Shown: in pieces, positions 30,566-40,875 of the stretch
Position numbering within the stretch: position 1 is the stretch's first letter
Layout of the letters: every line of letters begins with the position of its first letter
Assembly: GCA_946610035.1 (NCBI GenBank)
Contig: CAMOCC010000006.1
Span: 1 to 59,133, forward strand
Direction: 5' to 3'
Length of the DNA: 59,133 bases
Source of the DNA: an uncultured Verrucomicrobiota bacterium
Lineage (GTDB): Bacteria > Verrucomicrobiota > Kiritimatiellia > RFP12 > UBA1067
Notes under the pieces: model-generated
The model's database searches: none
What the model saw: only the letters and a program-made list of their open reading frames with translations
Told to the model about the DNA's origin: nothing
Made by a program: the position numbers and the translations under genes

Positions 30566-32581
30566 ATGGCCGTAACCGAAGCGTTGGCGAACAAGTTGAA
30601 CGAATGTGCGGAGAAGCAGGACTTCGAAGGGGCTTTCAAGCTCGTCCGCGACAATCAGGCGGAGCTTGCGAAGAGCCTGTCCGCAGTAGGCGTCAGGGAC
30701 GCCTTGAAGAAGACGACGAAGGATCGTCTTCTTCTTTCTTTCCTGGACGGCGTCGGGTTCGGAGAGAAGCCGTTCGACAAGGTTCTTGTCGCCCTTGAGA
30801 AGCTCGTCGGATTTCACGAGGGCTCGCTCGTGCTCAACGACACGTGGGGGCTGGGCAAGGTCAAGAAGGTGGACTACTTCTACCGCCGCGTGACCGTCGA
30901 CTTCAAGACCAAGCGCGGACATCAGTTCACCTACGCGGCGGCGGTCGACATGCTCAAGAGCGCGCCCGAGGACCACATCCTCGTGTTCCAGGCGGCTGAC
31001 CCCGACGCATTCGCGGCGCTTCTCAAGGACAACAAGGCCGAAATCGTCAAGAGGGTGCTCAAGAGCTACGGCGACATGCCGATCACGAGGCTCGAGGACG
31101 TCTGCGTTGCGAACGGCTTCGTCAAGGCCGTCGGCTGGAAGGACTTCTGGGACAAGGCGCGCGCGGGGCTCAGGCACGACAAGCTCGTGGAGATACCGGC
31201 GAAGCGCGCCGATCCGATTCGCCTCAAGGCGTCCGTCGAGGACTACGGCGACAACTGGCTCACGGCGTTCTCCCACGAGACCGATCCGAAGCTCATCCTC
31301 GCCTCGGTGCGCGAGTTCGTGGCGCAGGACAAGTTCAAGACGGCGGACGGAGAGACGCGCGACAAGATCGGCGAGCGCCTCGCGTTCGCGGTCACGGCGG
31401 CGCGCAAGGTCGACGACGCCCTCTACGCCCGCCTCGCGACGACGCTGACGGCGCTCGGGTTCCTCACGCCCGCGGCGGAGGAGATGCGCGCGTACCTCTG
31501 GGAGCGCAAGCGCTTCGTGAAGGCCGCCGCGGCGCTGCCCGCCCGCGAGGTCGGCGCGATGATCACGTTCCTCGCCCCGACCGACGAATACAAGGCGAGG
31601 CTCTACGCGGCGATCCCCGAACTCTGCTTCTCGGCGGTCGACGAGATCGTCACCAAGTTCGGCGGCGAGGAGGCGTGCCGCAAGGCCGTGGGCGACCTCA
31701 TGCGCCAGCCCAAGGCGCCGGCGACGCTCACGACTCTCCTCTGCGGCAAGTACGAGAGGTTCCGGGAATGGAAGGAGCTTCCCGCGCTCATCATCCTCCT
31801 CACCCACGCGATCGCGCTCGGCGAGGGGCGGCAGGGAGGCGAGACGCTGAAGATGCAGAACCTCGTCCGCAGGCTCTTTGCGGACGTCAAGTGGCTCGCC
31901 AAGGTGTTCTCGTGGCTCGCGCCGGCGGACCAGGCGCTCTTCTTCGAGCGCTTCCAGGCGTCCATCGCCTGGGACCCCTCGACGCACCACACCATCGTCG
32001 TCAGGATGACGCACGTCGTCCCCGACCTCGAGCAGCACCTCGTGAAGGTCGAGAAGAAGCGCGAGTACGCCCGCGTCACGTCCTACCGCGCATTCGCGCT
32101 GAAGAAGGCGGAGTACCTCAAGCTCATCAACGAAGACATGCCGGAGAACGTCCGCAAGATCGAATTCGCGAAGGGCTTCGGCGACCTCTCGGAGAACGCC
32201 GAGTACCAGTACGCGAAGGACGAGCAGCGCCAGCTCATGCAGAAGCAGACGCTCATGCAGGCCGACCTCGAGGCCGTCAAGCCCTCCGACTTCGCGGACG
32301 CGACGACGGACGAGGTCATGCCCGGCGTCGCCGTTGTCATCGCCTCGGCGGACGGCGAGAAGACCTACACGATCCTCGGCGAGTGGGACAACGACCTCGA
32401 GCGCGGCGTCATCTCCTCGAAGACGCGCCTTGCGCAGAACATGCTCGGCAAGAAGGTCGGCGACCAGTTCGAGCTTCCCGGCGCGGAAGGGGCGGTTGCC
32501 TTCGCGACGGTGAAGGAGATCAAGCCGCTCTCCGATGAAATTCGCGAGTGGATGAAACTTCCCCCCGGCATGCAGATATGA
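30566..32581 (+). CDS. greA: GreA/GreB family elongation factor with long N-terminal extension
   Basis: C-terminal GDLSENAEY, YTILGEWD, IS.KT; ~500-aa N-terminal extension of the kind known in Chlamydiae/spirochaete GreA. Confidence 0.85.
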   Translation: MAVTEALANKLNECAEKQDFEGAFKLVRDNQAELAKSLSAVGVRDALKKTTKDRLLLSFLDGVGFGEKPFDKVLVALEKLVGFHEGSLVLNDTWGLGKVKKVDYFYRRVTVDFKTKRGHQFTYAAAVDMLKSAPEDHILVFQAADPDAFAALLKDNKAEIVKRVLKSYGDMPITRLEDVCVANGFVKAVGWKDFWDKARAGLRHDKLVEIPAKRADPIRLKASVEDYGDNWLTAFSHETDPKLILASVREFVAQDKFKTADGETRDKIGERLAFAVTAARKVDDALYARLATTLTALGFLTPAAEEMRAYLWERKRFVKAAAALPAREVGAMITFLAPTDEYKARLYAAIPELCFSAVDEIVTKFGGEEACRKAVGDLMRQPKAPATLTTLLCGKYERFREWKELPALIILLTHAIALGEGRQGGETLKMQNLVRRLFADVKWLAKVFSWLAPADQALFFERFQASIAWDPSTHHTIVVRMTHVVPDLEQHLVKVEKKREYARVTSYRAFALKKAEYLKLINEDMPENVRKIEFAKGFGDLSENAEYQYAKDEQRQLMQKQTLMQADLEAVKPSDFADATTDEVMPGVAVVIASADGEKTYTILGEWDNDLERGVISSKTRLAQNMLGKKVGDQFELPGAEGAVAFATVKEIKPLSDEIREWMKLPPGMQI

Positions 32582-32629
32582 TATAATAGTGGCATCCGGT
32601 GAAACCTTGAAGTTGAAAGGAGGATTGTC

Positions 32630-33331
32630 ATGGCAGTAACAGTATCTACGATTTCGACAAAGAAAACGGCCAGGAAGCCGACGAGTGCGGTCAAGAAGCC
32701 GGCGAGTGCGGCGAAGGCGGCGCCCGCTCCCGCCCAGGCCGAGGTGAAGAAGGAGACCAAGCGCGTTCCGCCGAGGATCGTGAAGAAGACTCCTTCGGCG
32801 CCAAAGCCGGCCCCCGAGCCCGTCCCCCAGATGGATACGGCCGCGGCGGTCGCCTTCGCGATGTCGATTGCGCAGGAGATGAAGAAGTCGGCCCGCAAGG
32901 AGGAGGCCAAGAGGTCCGAGAACGAGATCCGCCTCTCGCGCCGTCCGACTACGCGCACACAGGGCAAGAACACCGTCAAGTTCCCGGATGCGGACCTCAA
33001 GGACTTCCGCAAGCGCCTTCTGGCGGCGCGCGAGGAGGCCCTGCAGGGCGTGGACGCCATGAAGGCGACCGGGTTCAACGAGGCCGACGACCACGAGGCG
33101 GACGGCGGCGACGGGACGAACCAGACCCTCCGCCTTCAGGCGCTCGGGCAGATGGGCGTCATCAACCGCACCATCCAGCAGATCGAGGAGGCCCTCCACC
33201 GGATCGAAGACGGCTCGTACGGCGTCTGCACGGTGTGCGGCCAGCTCATCCGCAAGCCGCGGCTCCTTAACCAGCCGTTCGTCCTCACCTGCATGGAGTG
33301 CCAGAGCGAGATGGAGAAGAACCGCTGCTGA
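32630..33331 (+). CDS. dksA: DksA/TraR family C4 zinc-finger protein
   Basis: YGVCTVCG...LTCMEC; coiled-coil tip DGGD; K/P/A-rich N-terminus. Confidence 0.8.
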   Translation: MAVTVSTISTKKTARKPTSAVKKPASAAKAAPAPAQAEVKKETKRVPPRIVKKTPSAPKPAPEPVPQMDTAAAVAFAMSIAQEMKKSARKEEAKRSENEIRLSRRPTTRTQGKNTVKFPDADLKDFRKRLLAAREEALQGVDAMKATGFNEADDHEADGGDGTNQTLRLQALGQMGVINRTIQQIEEALHRIEDGSYGVCTVCGQLIRKPRLLNQPFVLTCMECQSEMEKNRC

Positions 33332-33837
33332 TGAGGAAGGCGTTCCTCATAGCGCTCGGCGTCGTCCACCTCCTGCTTGTGGACGCCGTGACGAAGGAAC
33401 TGGCAGTCGGGCTCCTCAAGGGGTCCGCGCCAGTTCCCGTCGTACCGGGCTTTTTCGACCTTGCGTACGTTGAGAACGACGGCTGCGCGTGGGGGAAGTT
33501 TCAGGGTTGCGTGTGGCAGCTCGCCTTGTTCGCCGTGATGGCGTTCGCCGTCATCGTGTGGAAGAGGGATGAGCTCTTCGAGACGAAGACGACCGGCTGG
33601 CGCAGGAAGGCGGGGGCGTGGGCCGAGGTCCTTCTCTACGCCGGGATAGCCGGCAACTTCCTCGACCGCGTCCTCCGCGGACATGTGATCGACTTCCTCG
33701 ACTTCCACTGGGCGGACGCCTACCACTTCCCGTGCTTCAACGCGGCGGACGTCTACATCACCGTCGCGGCGGGGCTGCTCGTCCTTCTCGCGCTCGCCGC
33801 CGGGAAGGAGAAGGGCGCCAAGAGCGCGGCGCAATGA
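33331..33837 (+). CDS. lspA: Lipoprotein signal peptidase II
   Basis: NDGCAWG, GNFLDR, VIDF, FNAAD. Confidence 0.93.
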   Translation: MRKAFLIALGVVHLLLVDAVTKELAVGLLKGSAPVPVVPGFFDLAYVENDGCAWGKFQGCVWQLALFAVMAFAVIVWKRDELFETKTTGWRRKAGAWAEVLLYAGIAGNFLDRVLRGHVIDFLDFHWADAYHFPCFNAADVYITVAAGLLVLLALAAGKEKGAKSAAQ

Positions 33838-34529
33838 GCGTCCGCGAGGCATACCTGCTCGCCGGGCCCACTGCGAGCGGAAAGAGCGCGATAGCGGCCG
33901 CGCTCGCGCGCGAGATGGGCGCGCGCATTTTGAGCGCCGACTCCATGCTCGTCTACAAGGGGATGGACATCGGGACCGCCAAGCCGCCCGCCTCCGAGAT
34001 CGCCGAGTTCGGCATGGGGGGCGTCGACATAGTCACCCCGGCGGAGGAGTTCTCGTCCGGCGCCTGGCTTCGCGCGGCCGCCGAATGGTCCGCAAGCGTC
34101 CCGGCGGACGTTCCGGTCGTCATAGTCGGCGGGACGGGGCTCTACTTTTCCGCGCTTCTGCGCGGACTCGACCGCAAGTGGGAGAACCCGCCGCCCGAGT
34201 ATCCCGTGGTCCGCATCGACCGTGCGGAGGTTCGCCGCCGCATAGCGGCGCGCCTCGACGACATGTTCATCGCGGGGCTGGAGGAGGAGAAGCGCCGGCT
34301 TCACGAGATGTATCCCGTGTGGTCGCGGACGGCGTCCCTGGCGATCGGGTACAGGGAGGGCGACGACCGCGCGAAGATACTCACGCGCACGTGCCAGCTT
34401 GCGAAGCGTCAGGACACGTGGTTCAGGCACCAGGCGACGCCGCTGTACGTGGAGCCGACGGTGGAGGCGGTCCGTGAATGCTGGCGGACGAAGGGTCCGT
34501 GGAGGGTGGTCTTCGCCGATGCGCCGTAA
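33834..34529 (+). CDS. miaA: tRNA dimethylallyltransferase (short form)
   Basis: GPTASGKS, DSMLVYKGMDIGTAKP, GGTGLY, AKRQDTWFR; only 231 aa. Confidence 0.85.
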   Translation: MSVREAYLLAGPTASGKSAIAAALAREMGARILSADSMLVYKGMDIGTAKPPASEIAEFGMGGVDIVTPAEEFSSGAWLRAAAEWSASVPADVPVVIVGGTGLYFSALLRGLDRKWENPPPEYPVVRIDRAEVRRRIAARLDDMFIAGLEEEKRRLHEMYPVWSRTASLAIGYREGDDRAKILTRTCQLAKRQDTWFRHQATPLYVEPTVEAVRECWRTKGPWRVVFADAP

Positions 34530-34612
34530 ACGGCTTTTTCGCGTCCGTCGGCGCGAATTTTTGGTATAATATATCTTCAACCGCAAAAATGGCAACAGAG
34601 GAAACCAGATCA

Positions 34613-37600
34613 ATGTTCAAGCCGGTATCGAATAAGGTCGCCTTCCCCAGGATGGAGGAGGAGGTTCTCGCGTTCTGGAAGGAGGACGCGACGTTTGAGA
34701 AGTCGCTGAAGAAGAACGAGGGGAAGGAGCGCTACAAGTTCTACGACGGGCCTCCCTTTGCGACGGGCCTCCCGCACTACGGGCACCTCCTCGCCGGCAT
34801 AATCAAGGACATCGTCCCGCGCTACCAGACCATGCGCGGCAAGTACGTCGAGCGCCGCTTCGGATGGGACACCCACGGCCTTCCGATCGAGGCCCTCGCG
34901 CAGGACGCGCTCGGCGTCGCCGGTGCGCCCGAGATCAAGAAGCTGGGCGTGGACAAGTTCAACGAGCAGTGCCGCTCGATGGTCCTCAAGTACGTGTCGG
35001 AGTGGCGCAAGACGGTGACGCGCATCGGTCGCTGGGTCGACTTCGACAACGACTACAAGACCATGAACCCCGACTTCATGGAGACGATCTGGTGGGTCTT
35101 CAAGCAGCTCTGGAACCAGGGGCGCGTCTACAAGTCGCACCGCATCATGCCCTACAGCTGGAAGCTCTCGACGCCTCTCTCCAACTTCGAGGCGGGCTCC
35201 AACTACAAGGACGTGCAGGATCCGACGGTGACGGTGAGGGCGAAGGCGCTCACGGGCGCGAGCGAGGCCCTCAAGGATCTGCTCGCGAAGGAGCCGACGG
35301 TCTACTTCCTCGTCTGGACGACTACGCCGTGGACGCTCCCCGAGAACCTCGCGATGTGCGCGGGCGCGTCGATAGACTACGTGGCCGTCCGCGACGTGAC
35401 GGACGACGCAAGGCCCGTCTACATCCTCGCGAAGGCGAGGCTTGAATCCGTCTTCAAGAAGCCCGACCAGTACGAGGTCGTCGCGGAGTTCAAGGGCGAG
35501 AAGCTGAAGGGCGCGACGTACGAGCCGATATTCCCCTACTTCGCCGACAAGGCGTCAGAAGGCGCGTTCACCGTCCTCAACGACGACTACGTGACGACGG
35601 ACGACGGCGTGGGCATCGTCCACATCGCGCCCGCCTACGGCGAGGACGACTTCCGCGTATGCAAGGAGGCCGGCATGACGGCGTTCGTCGATCCGCTTGA
35701 CGACGCGTGCGCGTTCACGGACGCGCTCCCCGAGTACAAGGGGCGCTTCTGCAAGGACTGCGACAAGGACCTCATAAAGGCGCTCAAGGCGAGCGGCAAG
35801 CTCGTCCACCAGTCGACCATCGTACACTCGTATCCCTTCTGCGACCGCACCGACACGCCGCTCATCTACCGCGCGATCGACGCGTGGTACGTCCGCGTCG
35901 AGGATTTGCACGAGCGGCTTGCGAAGAACAACGCGGGCGTCCACTGGACGCCGGACTACGTCGGCGAGAAGCGCTTCGGCAACTGGCTGGAGGAGGCGCG
36001 CGACTGGAACATCTCCAGAAACCGCTTCTGGGGGAGCTGCATCCCCGTGTGGATCAACGACGACGATCCCGACGACATGATCTGCGTCGGCTCGGTCAGG
36101 GAGCTGGAGGAGCTTTCCGGCGAGAAGGTCGTTGACCTCCACAAGCACTACGTCGACAAGATCGTCATAAGGCGCGACGGCAAGACGTACCACCGCACGC
36201 CCGAGGTGCTCGACTGCTGGTTCGAGTCGGGCTCGATGCCTTATGCGCAGCAGCACTACATGGGCGAGGCCGCCGCAGGCGGCGACCATGGGCGGGGTGC
36301 GGGGACGCCAGAGTCCCCGTCCGTTTCCGACTTCTTCCCCGCGGACTTCATCGCAGAGGGGCTCGACCAGACGCGCGGGTGGTTCTACACGCTCATGGTG
36401 CTCGGGACGTGCCTCTTCGACAAGTCGCCCTACAGGAACGTGATCGTCAACGGGCTCATCCTCGCCGAGGACGGCAAGAAGATGTCCAAGCGCCTGAAGA
36501 ACTACCCCGATCCGAACAAGATGCTCGACACTTACGGGGCGGACGCGATACGCCTCTACATGATCTACTCGCCGGTCGTCAAGGCCGAGTCGCTCAAGTT
36601 CTCCGAGAACGGCGTGAAGCAGCTCCTCCGCGACCTCCTGATCCCGTGGTGGAACGCGTATTCGTTCTTCGTCACCTACGCGAACGTCGACGGCTTCGCC
36701 GAGAGCGAGGTCACGTTCCCGACGTCGAAGAACGTGCTCGACCGCTGGATCGTCTCGTCGATGGAGACGCTGATCGCCGACGTCACGGCGGCGATGGACG
36801 CCTACGACCTCCAGAAGTCGGTCCGTCCCTTCGTCAAGTTCATCGAGGACCTCACGAACTGGTACATCCGCCGTTCGCGCCGCCGCTTCTGGAAGTCCAC
36901 GAACGACGGCGACAAGCTCGACGCGTACAGGACGCTCCGCTACGTGCTCGTCCAGCTCTCGAAGGTCGCCGCTCCCTTCACCCCGTTCATCGCGGAGGAG
37001 ATATACCGCAACCTGAAGGGCGAGGGCGATCCCGAATCGGTCCACCTCTGCGACTTCCCGACGGCGAACGCCGCCGCGCGCGACCTCGACCTCGAGCGCC
37101 GCATGGCCGATGTCCAGACGGCGGTCGAGCTCGGGCGCCGCCTTCGCGCGGACAACGACCTGAAGGTCCGCCAGCCGCTCTCCGCGCTCAAGATCGCCGG
37201 CGGCGACGTCAAGGGGCTCGAGGAGCTTATCGAGGACGAACTGAACGTCAAGCGCGTCGATCTCATCGCAGACGAGACGGAGCTTTGCAACGTGAGCTAC
37301 AAGGCGAACTTCAAGACGCTCGGGAGGAAGTGCGGGGCGAAGATGAAGGCCGTCGCCGCCGCGATAGCGGGGCTGGCGGCCGAAGGTGGCTCCTCACCCC
37401 TGCCCATGGTGGTCGAGGGTGTCGAGATCACAGTCGACGACGTCCTCGTCACCCGCACCCCGAAGGAGGGACTCGTCGTCGCCTCGCAGGGTCCGGTCGT
37501 CGTCGGGCTCGAGACCTCGCTCACACCGGAGCTCGTCGCCGAGGGCAACGCACGCGAGTTCGTCTCGCACGTCCAGGCCATGCGCAAGGAGGCCGACTTC

Positions 37601-37789
37601 GAGGTGACGCAGCGCATCGCGCTGACGGTCGAGACCGACGCCGACATGCGCGCAGCCCTTGAGAGGCACATGGATTACGTCAAGAACGAGACGCTCTCGC
37701 TGGAGGTCGCCTTCGCTCCGTGCGGGGCGGATGCCGCCTCCGTCGGGCTGAACGGGCACTCCGCGAAGATCTCCGTCGAGAAACGCTGA
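34613..37789 (+). CDS. ileS: Isoleucine-tRNA ligase, type 2
   Basis: GPPFATGLPHYGH, WTTTPWTLP, KMSKR; alternative start at 34589. Confidence 0.97.
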   Translation: MFKPVSNKVAFPRMEEEVLAFWKEDATFEKSLKKNEGKERYKFYDGPPFATGLPHYGHLLAGIIKDIVPRYQTMRGKYVERRFGWDTHGLPIEALAQDALGVAGAPEIKKLGVDKFNEQCRSMVLKYVSEWRKTVTRIGRWVDFDNDYKTMNPDFMETIWWVFKQLWNQGRVYKSHRIMPYSWKLSTPLSNFEAGSNYKDVQDPTVTVRAKALTGASEALKDLLAKEPTVYFLVWTTTPWTLPENLAMCAGASIDYVAVRDVTDDARPVYILAKARLESVFKKPDQYEVVAEFKGEKLKGATYEPIFPYFADKASEGAFTVLNDDYVTTDDGVGIVHIAPAYGEDDFRVCKEAGMTAFVDPLDDACAFTDALPEYKGRFCKDCDKDLIKALKASGKLVHQSTIVHSYPFCDRTDTPLIYRAIDAWYVRVEDLHERLAKNNAGVHWTPDYVGEKRFGNWLEEARDWNISRNRFWGSCIPVWINDDDPDDMICVGSVRELEELSGEKVVDLHKHYVDKIVIRRDGKTYHRTPEVLDCWFESGSMPYAQQHYMGEAAAGGDHGRGAGTPESPSVSDFFPADFIAEGLDQTRGWFYTLMVLGTCLFDKSPYRNVIVNGLILAEDGKKMSKRLKNYPDPNKMLDTYGADAIRLYMIYSPVVKAESLKFSENGVKQLLRDLLIPWWNAYSFFVTYANVDGFAESEVTFPTSKNVLDRWIVSSMETLIADVTAAMDAYDLQKSVRPFVKFIEDLTNWYIRRSRRRFWKSTNDGDKLDAYRTLRYVLVQLSKVAAPFTPFIAEEIYRNLKGEGDPESVHLCDFPTANAAARDLDLERRMADVQTAVELGRRLRADNDLKVRQPLSALKIAGGDVKGLEELIEDELNVKRVDLIADETELCNVSYKANFKTLGRKCGAKMKAVAAAIAGLAAEGGSSPLPMVVEGVEITVDDVLVTRTPKEGLVVASQGPVVVGLETSLTPELVAEGNAREFVSHVQAMRKEADFEVTQRIALTVETDADMRAALERHMDYVKNETLSLEVAFAPCGADAASVGLNGHSAKISVEKR

Positions 37790-37803
37790 AAGGAATCAAT
37801 CGA

Positions 37804-38568
37804 ATGAAGGAACTCGTCATCGGCGGTCGCAAGTTCACGAACCGCTTCTTCCTCGGCACTGGCAAGTTCGCCTCGCGCGAAATCATGGAAAAGGCGCTCG
37901 CCGCCTCCGAGACGCAGCTCGTGACGACGGCCCTTACCCGCGTCCACGAGAACGACGCGGCGCACGACGACATACTCGCCGGAATAGACCGCTCCAAGGT
38001 CGAGATCATGCTCAACACCTCCGGTGCGCGCAATGCGGAAGAGGCGGTCAGGATCGCCAAGATCGGCAGGGCGGCGGGCTACAACTGGGTGAAGATCGAG
38101 GTGCATCCCGATGCGCGGTACCTGCTGCCCGATCCGATAGAGACGCTGAGGGCGGTCGAGGAGTGCGCGAAGCTGGGGATGGTCGTGCTTCCCTACATCA
38201 ACGCCGATCCAGTCCTCGCGCGCCATTGCGAGGAGGCGGGCGCGGCGGCGGTGATGCCGCTCGGCAGCCCCATCGGCTCCAACCGCGGCGTCAGGACGCG
38301 CGACATGATCGAGATTATCGTCGAGCAGTGCCATGTCCCCGTCGTCGTCGACGCGGGAATCGGGCTTCCCTCCCACGCGGCCGAGGCGATAGAGCTGGGT
38401 GCGGACGCGGTGCTCGCCAACACCGCCGTCGCCGCGGCTGACGATCCGGTCGCGATGGCGAAGGCGTTCAACCTCGCAGTCCAGGCCGCCGAGCTCGCGC
38501 TTCGCGCCGGTCCCCCCTCCGAACGCTCCACCGCCGCGGCCTCCAGCCCCATGGACATCTTCAAGTGA
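37804..38568 (+). CDS. thiG: Thiazole synthase
   Basis: GTGKF, NTSGARNAEEA, WVKIEV, MPLGSPIGSNRG, DAGIG. Confidence 0.95.
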   Translation: MKELVIGGRKFTNRFFLGTGKFASREIMEKALAASETQLVTTALTRVHENDAAHDDILAGIDRSKVEIMLNTSGARNAEEAVRIAKIGRAAGYNWVKIEVHPDARYLLPDPIETLRAVEECAKLGMVVLPYINADPVLARHCEEAGAAAVMPLGSPIGSNRGVRTRDMIEIIVEQCHVPVVVDAGIGLPSHAAEAIELGADAVLANTAVAAADDPVAMAKAFNLAVQAAELALRAGPPSERSTAAASSPMDIFK

Positions 38569-38575
38569 GGCGGCA

Positions 38576-39688
38576 ATGTTTCCACTTCTGAAATACACGG
38601 CCGAGGAGGTCGATGAATACTACGCGAAGGTGACGCCGGAGATGGTTAAGTCCTCGCTTGCGAAGGACCGCCACGACTGGTTCGACCTTCTTAACCTCGT
38701 TTCCCCGGCGGCGTATCCGTTCATGGACGAGATGCGCCGCAAGGCCCGCCTCGCGCGGATCAAGTACTACGGCAAGACGGTGAGCGTCTACGCTCCGCTC
38801 TACATCGGCAACACGTGCGTCAACCACTGCCGGTACTGCGACTTTAGGCGCGAGCACACGGGCACCGTGAGGCGCAACCTGACGCTGGACGAGATCCGCC
38901 TCGAGGCGGAGGCGATTCGCGCGAGCGGAATCGACAACCTCCTCATCGTCGCGGGAGAGGACCCGAAGGTCAACTCGGTCGAGCACTTCTGCGACGTCGC
39001 GCGCCTCCTGAAGCCGATGTTCTCGAACCTCTCGCTGGAAGTCGCGCCGCAGAGCGAGGAAGGGTACCGCGCGATGTTCGAGGCGGGCTTCGAGTCGCTC
39101 ACGTGCTTCCAGGAGACGTACGACCAGGAGCAGTACAAGTACTTCCATCCGGCGGGGCCGAAGTCGAACTACGAGTGGCGTCTCTGGACGCAGCTCCGCG
39201 CCGGGAAGGCGGGCTTCCGCATCCTCGGCTGCGCGTTCCTCCTCGGCCTCACGCCGTGGCGCCGCGAGGCCGCCTCGCTCGCCGCGCACGCGCTCTACCT
39301 CATGAAGGAGTGCTACGAGTCGAAGGTGCAGTTCGCGTTCCCGCGCTTCTGCCGCGTCGAGGGCGGATTCGTGCCGCCGTGCGAAGTCGACGAGCGCGAC
39401 GTCGACCTCATGATGCTTGCGTTCAGGATTTGCTTCCCGCAGTGCTGCATGACGGTCTCCACGCGCGAGGCGCCGAAGTTCCGCGACTACATCGTGCAGG
39501 TTGCGGCGGACAACATGAGCGCCGGCTCGCGCGTGACGCCCGGCGGCTACGCCGTCCTCGAGAAGGAGCACGCGGCGGACGTCGCGCAGTTCACCCTCAC
39601 CGACCGCCGTCCGCCGAAGGAGGTCTATGCGGCGATCAAGGCCAACGGACAGGAAGTCGTCTTCAAGAACTGGGACAACCGCATTTGA
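38576..39688 (+). CDS. thiH: 2-iminoacetate synthase (tyrosine lyase, radical SAM)
   Basis: YAPLY, CVNHCRYC, QETY, STRE, SAGSRVTPGGY; adjacent to thiG. Confidence 0.9.
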   Translation: MFPLLKYTAEEVDEYYAKVTPEMVKSSLAKDRHDWFDLLNLVSPAAYPFMDEMRRKARLARIKYYGKTVSVYAPLYIGNTCVNHCRYCDFRREHTGTVRRNLTLDEIRLEAEAIRASGIDNLLIVAGEDPKVNSVEHFCDVARLLKPMFSNLSLEVAPQSEEGYRAMFEAGFESLTCFQETYDQEQYKYFHPAGPKSNYEWRLWTQLRAGKAGFRILGCAFLLGLTPWRREAASLAAHALYLMKECYESKVQFAFPRFCRVEGGFVPPCEVDERDVDLMMLAFRICFPQCCMTVSTREAPKFRDYIVQVAADNMSAGSRVTPGGYAVLEKEHAADVAQFTLTDRRPPKEVYAAIKANGQEVVFKNWDNRI

Positions 39689-39825
39689 TTCGGATTCTAT
39701 GTAACCGTTTTTCGCTGGATATTGCCTGTTTTTGTAGGTTTTCAAATATTTCTCAACGGATAGGTGACTAACCGCGTCCGATTTGATATAATATTATCTT
39801 ACAAAATTTCGCATAAGGAAGAACA

Positions 39826-40848
39826 ATGGGCATACGAATCCTAGGAACGGGCAGCTACCTGCCTCCGAAGGTGGTGACGAACGACGACATAGCGCACTCG
39901 CTTGATACGTCCGACGAGTGGATATACTCGCACACGGGCATCCACTCCCGGCACGTGGCGGGAGAGGGCGAATCGACGTCCTCCATGGCGGCGAAGGCCG
40001 CGAAGTCTGCGCTCGACGCGGCGGGCGTCAAGCCCGGGGAGGTCGGCCTCATCGTCGTTGCCACGTCCACGCCCGACTACAATCCGTTCCCGTCCACGGC
40101 CGCGCTCGTCCAGGCGGAGCTCGGGTGCGTCAATTCGGGGGCGTTCGACCTCCAGGCCGCGTGCTCCGGCTTCGTCTATGCGCTTGAGCAGGCGCGCGGG
40201 TTCGTGAACTTCTATCCCGACAAGAAGGCTATAGTCGTCGGTGCCGAATCCCTGACGCGCATCCTCGACTGGTCCGACCGCTCCACCTGCATCCTCTTCG
40301 GCGACGGCGCGGGCGCGGTGGTGCTGGGCAACGACGAGCCGCCCGGTGTCGCCTCGCTCAAGACGAAGGCGCACACCCTCCTCGGGGCGGACGGGAAGGG
40401 AGCCGGTTTCATAATGCGCACCGGGGGGACGAGGAATGCGCTTCCGATGTCCCCCGACACGGGCGTGCCGCTCAAGGCGGCGCCCGTCCTCCCGGAGCTT
40501 ACCCTTCAGGGCCACGACGTCTTCGCCTTCGCGGTAAGGACTCTCTCGAAGGTCTGCCGCGACCTGTGCGAAAGGCTGGGAACGAAGCCCGAGGAGCTCG
40601 ACCGCGTCTTCGCGCACCAGGCGAACGGGCGCATCATCGAGGCGGTTGCGCGCAGGATGAAGCTTCCGCTCGAGCGCTTCTGGCTGAACCTCGAAACGAC
40701 TGCCAACACAAGCGCCGCGTCCATCCCGATTTCACTCGACCAGGCGGTAAGGGCCGGCGAGCTCAGGGAGGGGATGAAGATCGTCATGGTCGGTTTCGGC
40801 GCCGGCCTCACATACGCGGGTACGTACTGCGCGTGGCCGAACCTGTAG
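39826..40848 (+). CDS. fabH: 3-oxoacyl-ACP synthase III
   Basis: AACSGF, FGDGAGA, HQAN, NTSAASIP, GFGAG. Confidence 0.95.
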   Translation: MGIRILGTGSYLPPKVVTNDDIAHSLDTSDEWIYSHTGIHSRHVAGEGESTSSMAAKAAKSALDAAGVKPGEVGLIVVATSTPDYNPFPSTAALVQAELGCVNSGAFDLQAACSGFVYALEQARGFVNFYPDKKAIVVGAESLTRILDWSDRSTCILFGDGAGAVVLGNDEPPGVASLKTKAHTLLGADGKGAGFIMRTGGTRNALPMSPDTGVPLKAAPVLPELTLQGHDVFAFAVRTLSKVCRDLCERLGTKPEELDRVFAHQANGRIIEAVARRMKLPLERFWLNLETTANTSAASIPISLDQAVRAGELREGMKIVMVGFGAGLTYAGTYCAWPNL

Positions 40849-40875
40849 CGATTTCAAGATTAAAAAGAGAAAGAG

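Noticed and set aside
30566-32581. Novel GreA fusion
   Set aside because: Long N-terminally extended GreA proteins are already known in Chlamydiae, spirochaetes and related lineages.
37790-37803. TPP riboswitch before thiGH
   Set aside because: Only 14 nt separate ileS and thiG, and no aptamer motif is visible.
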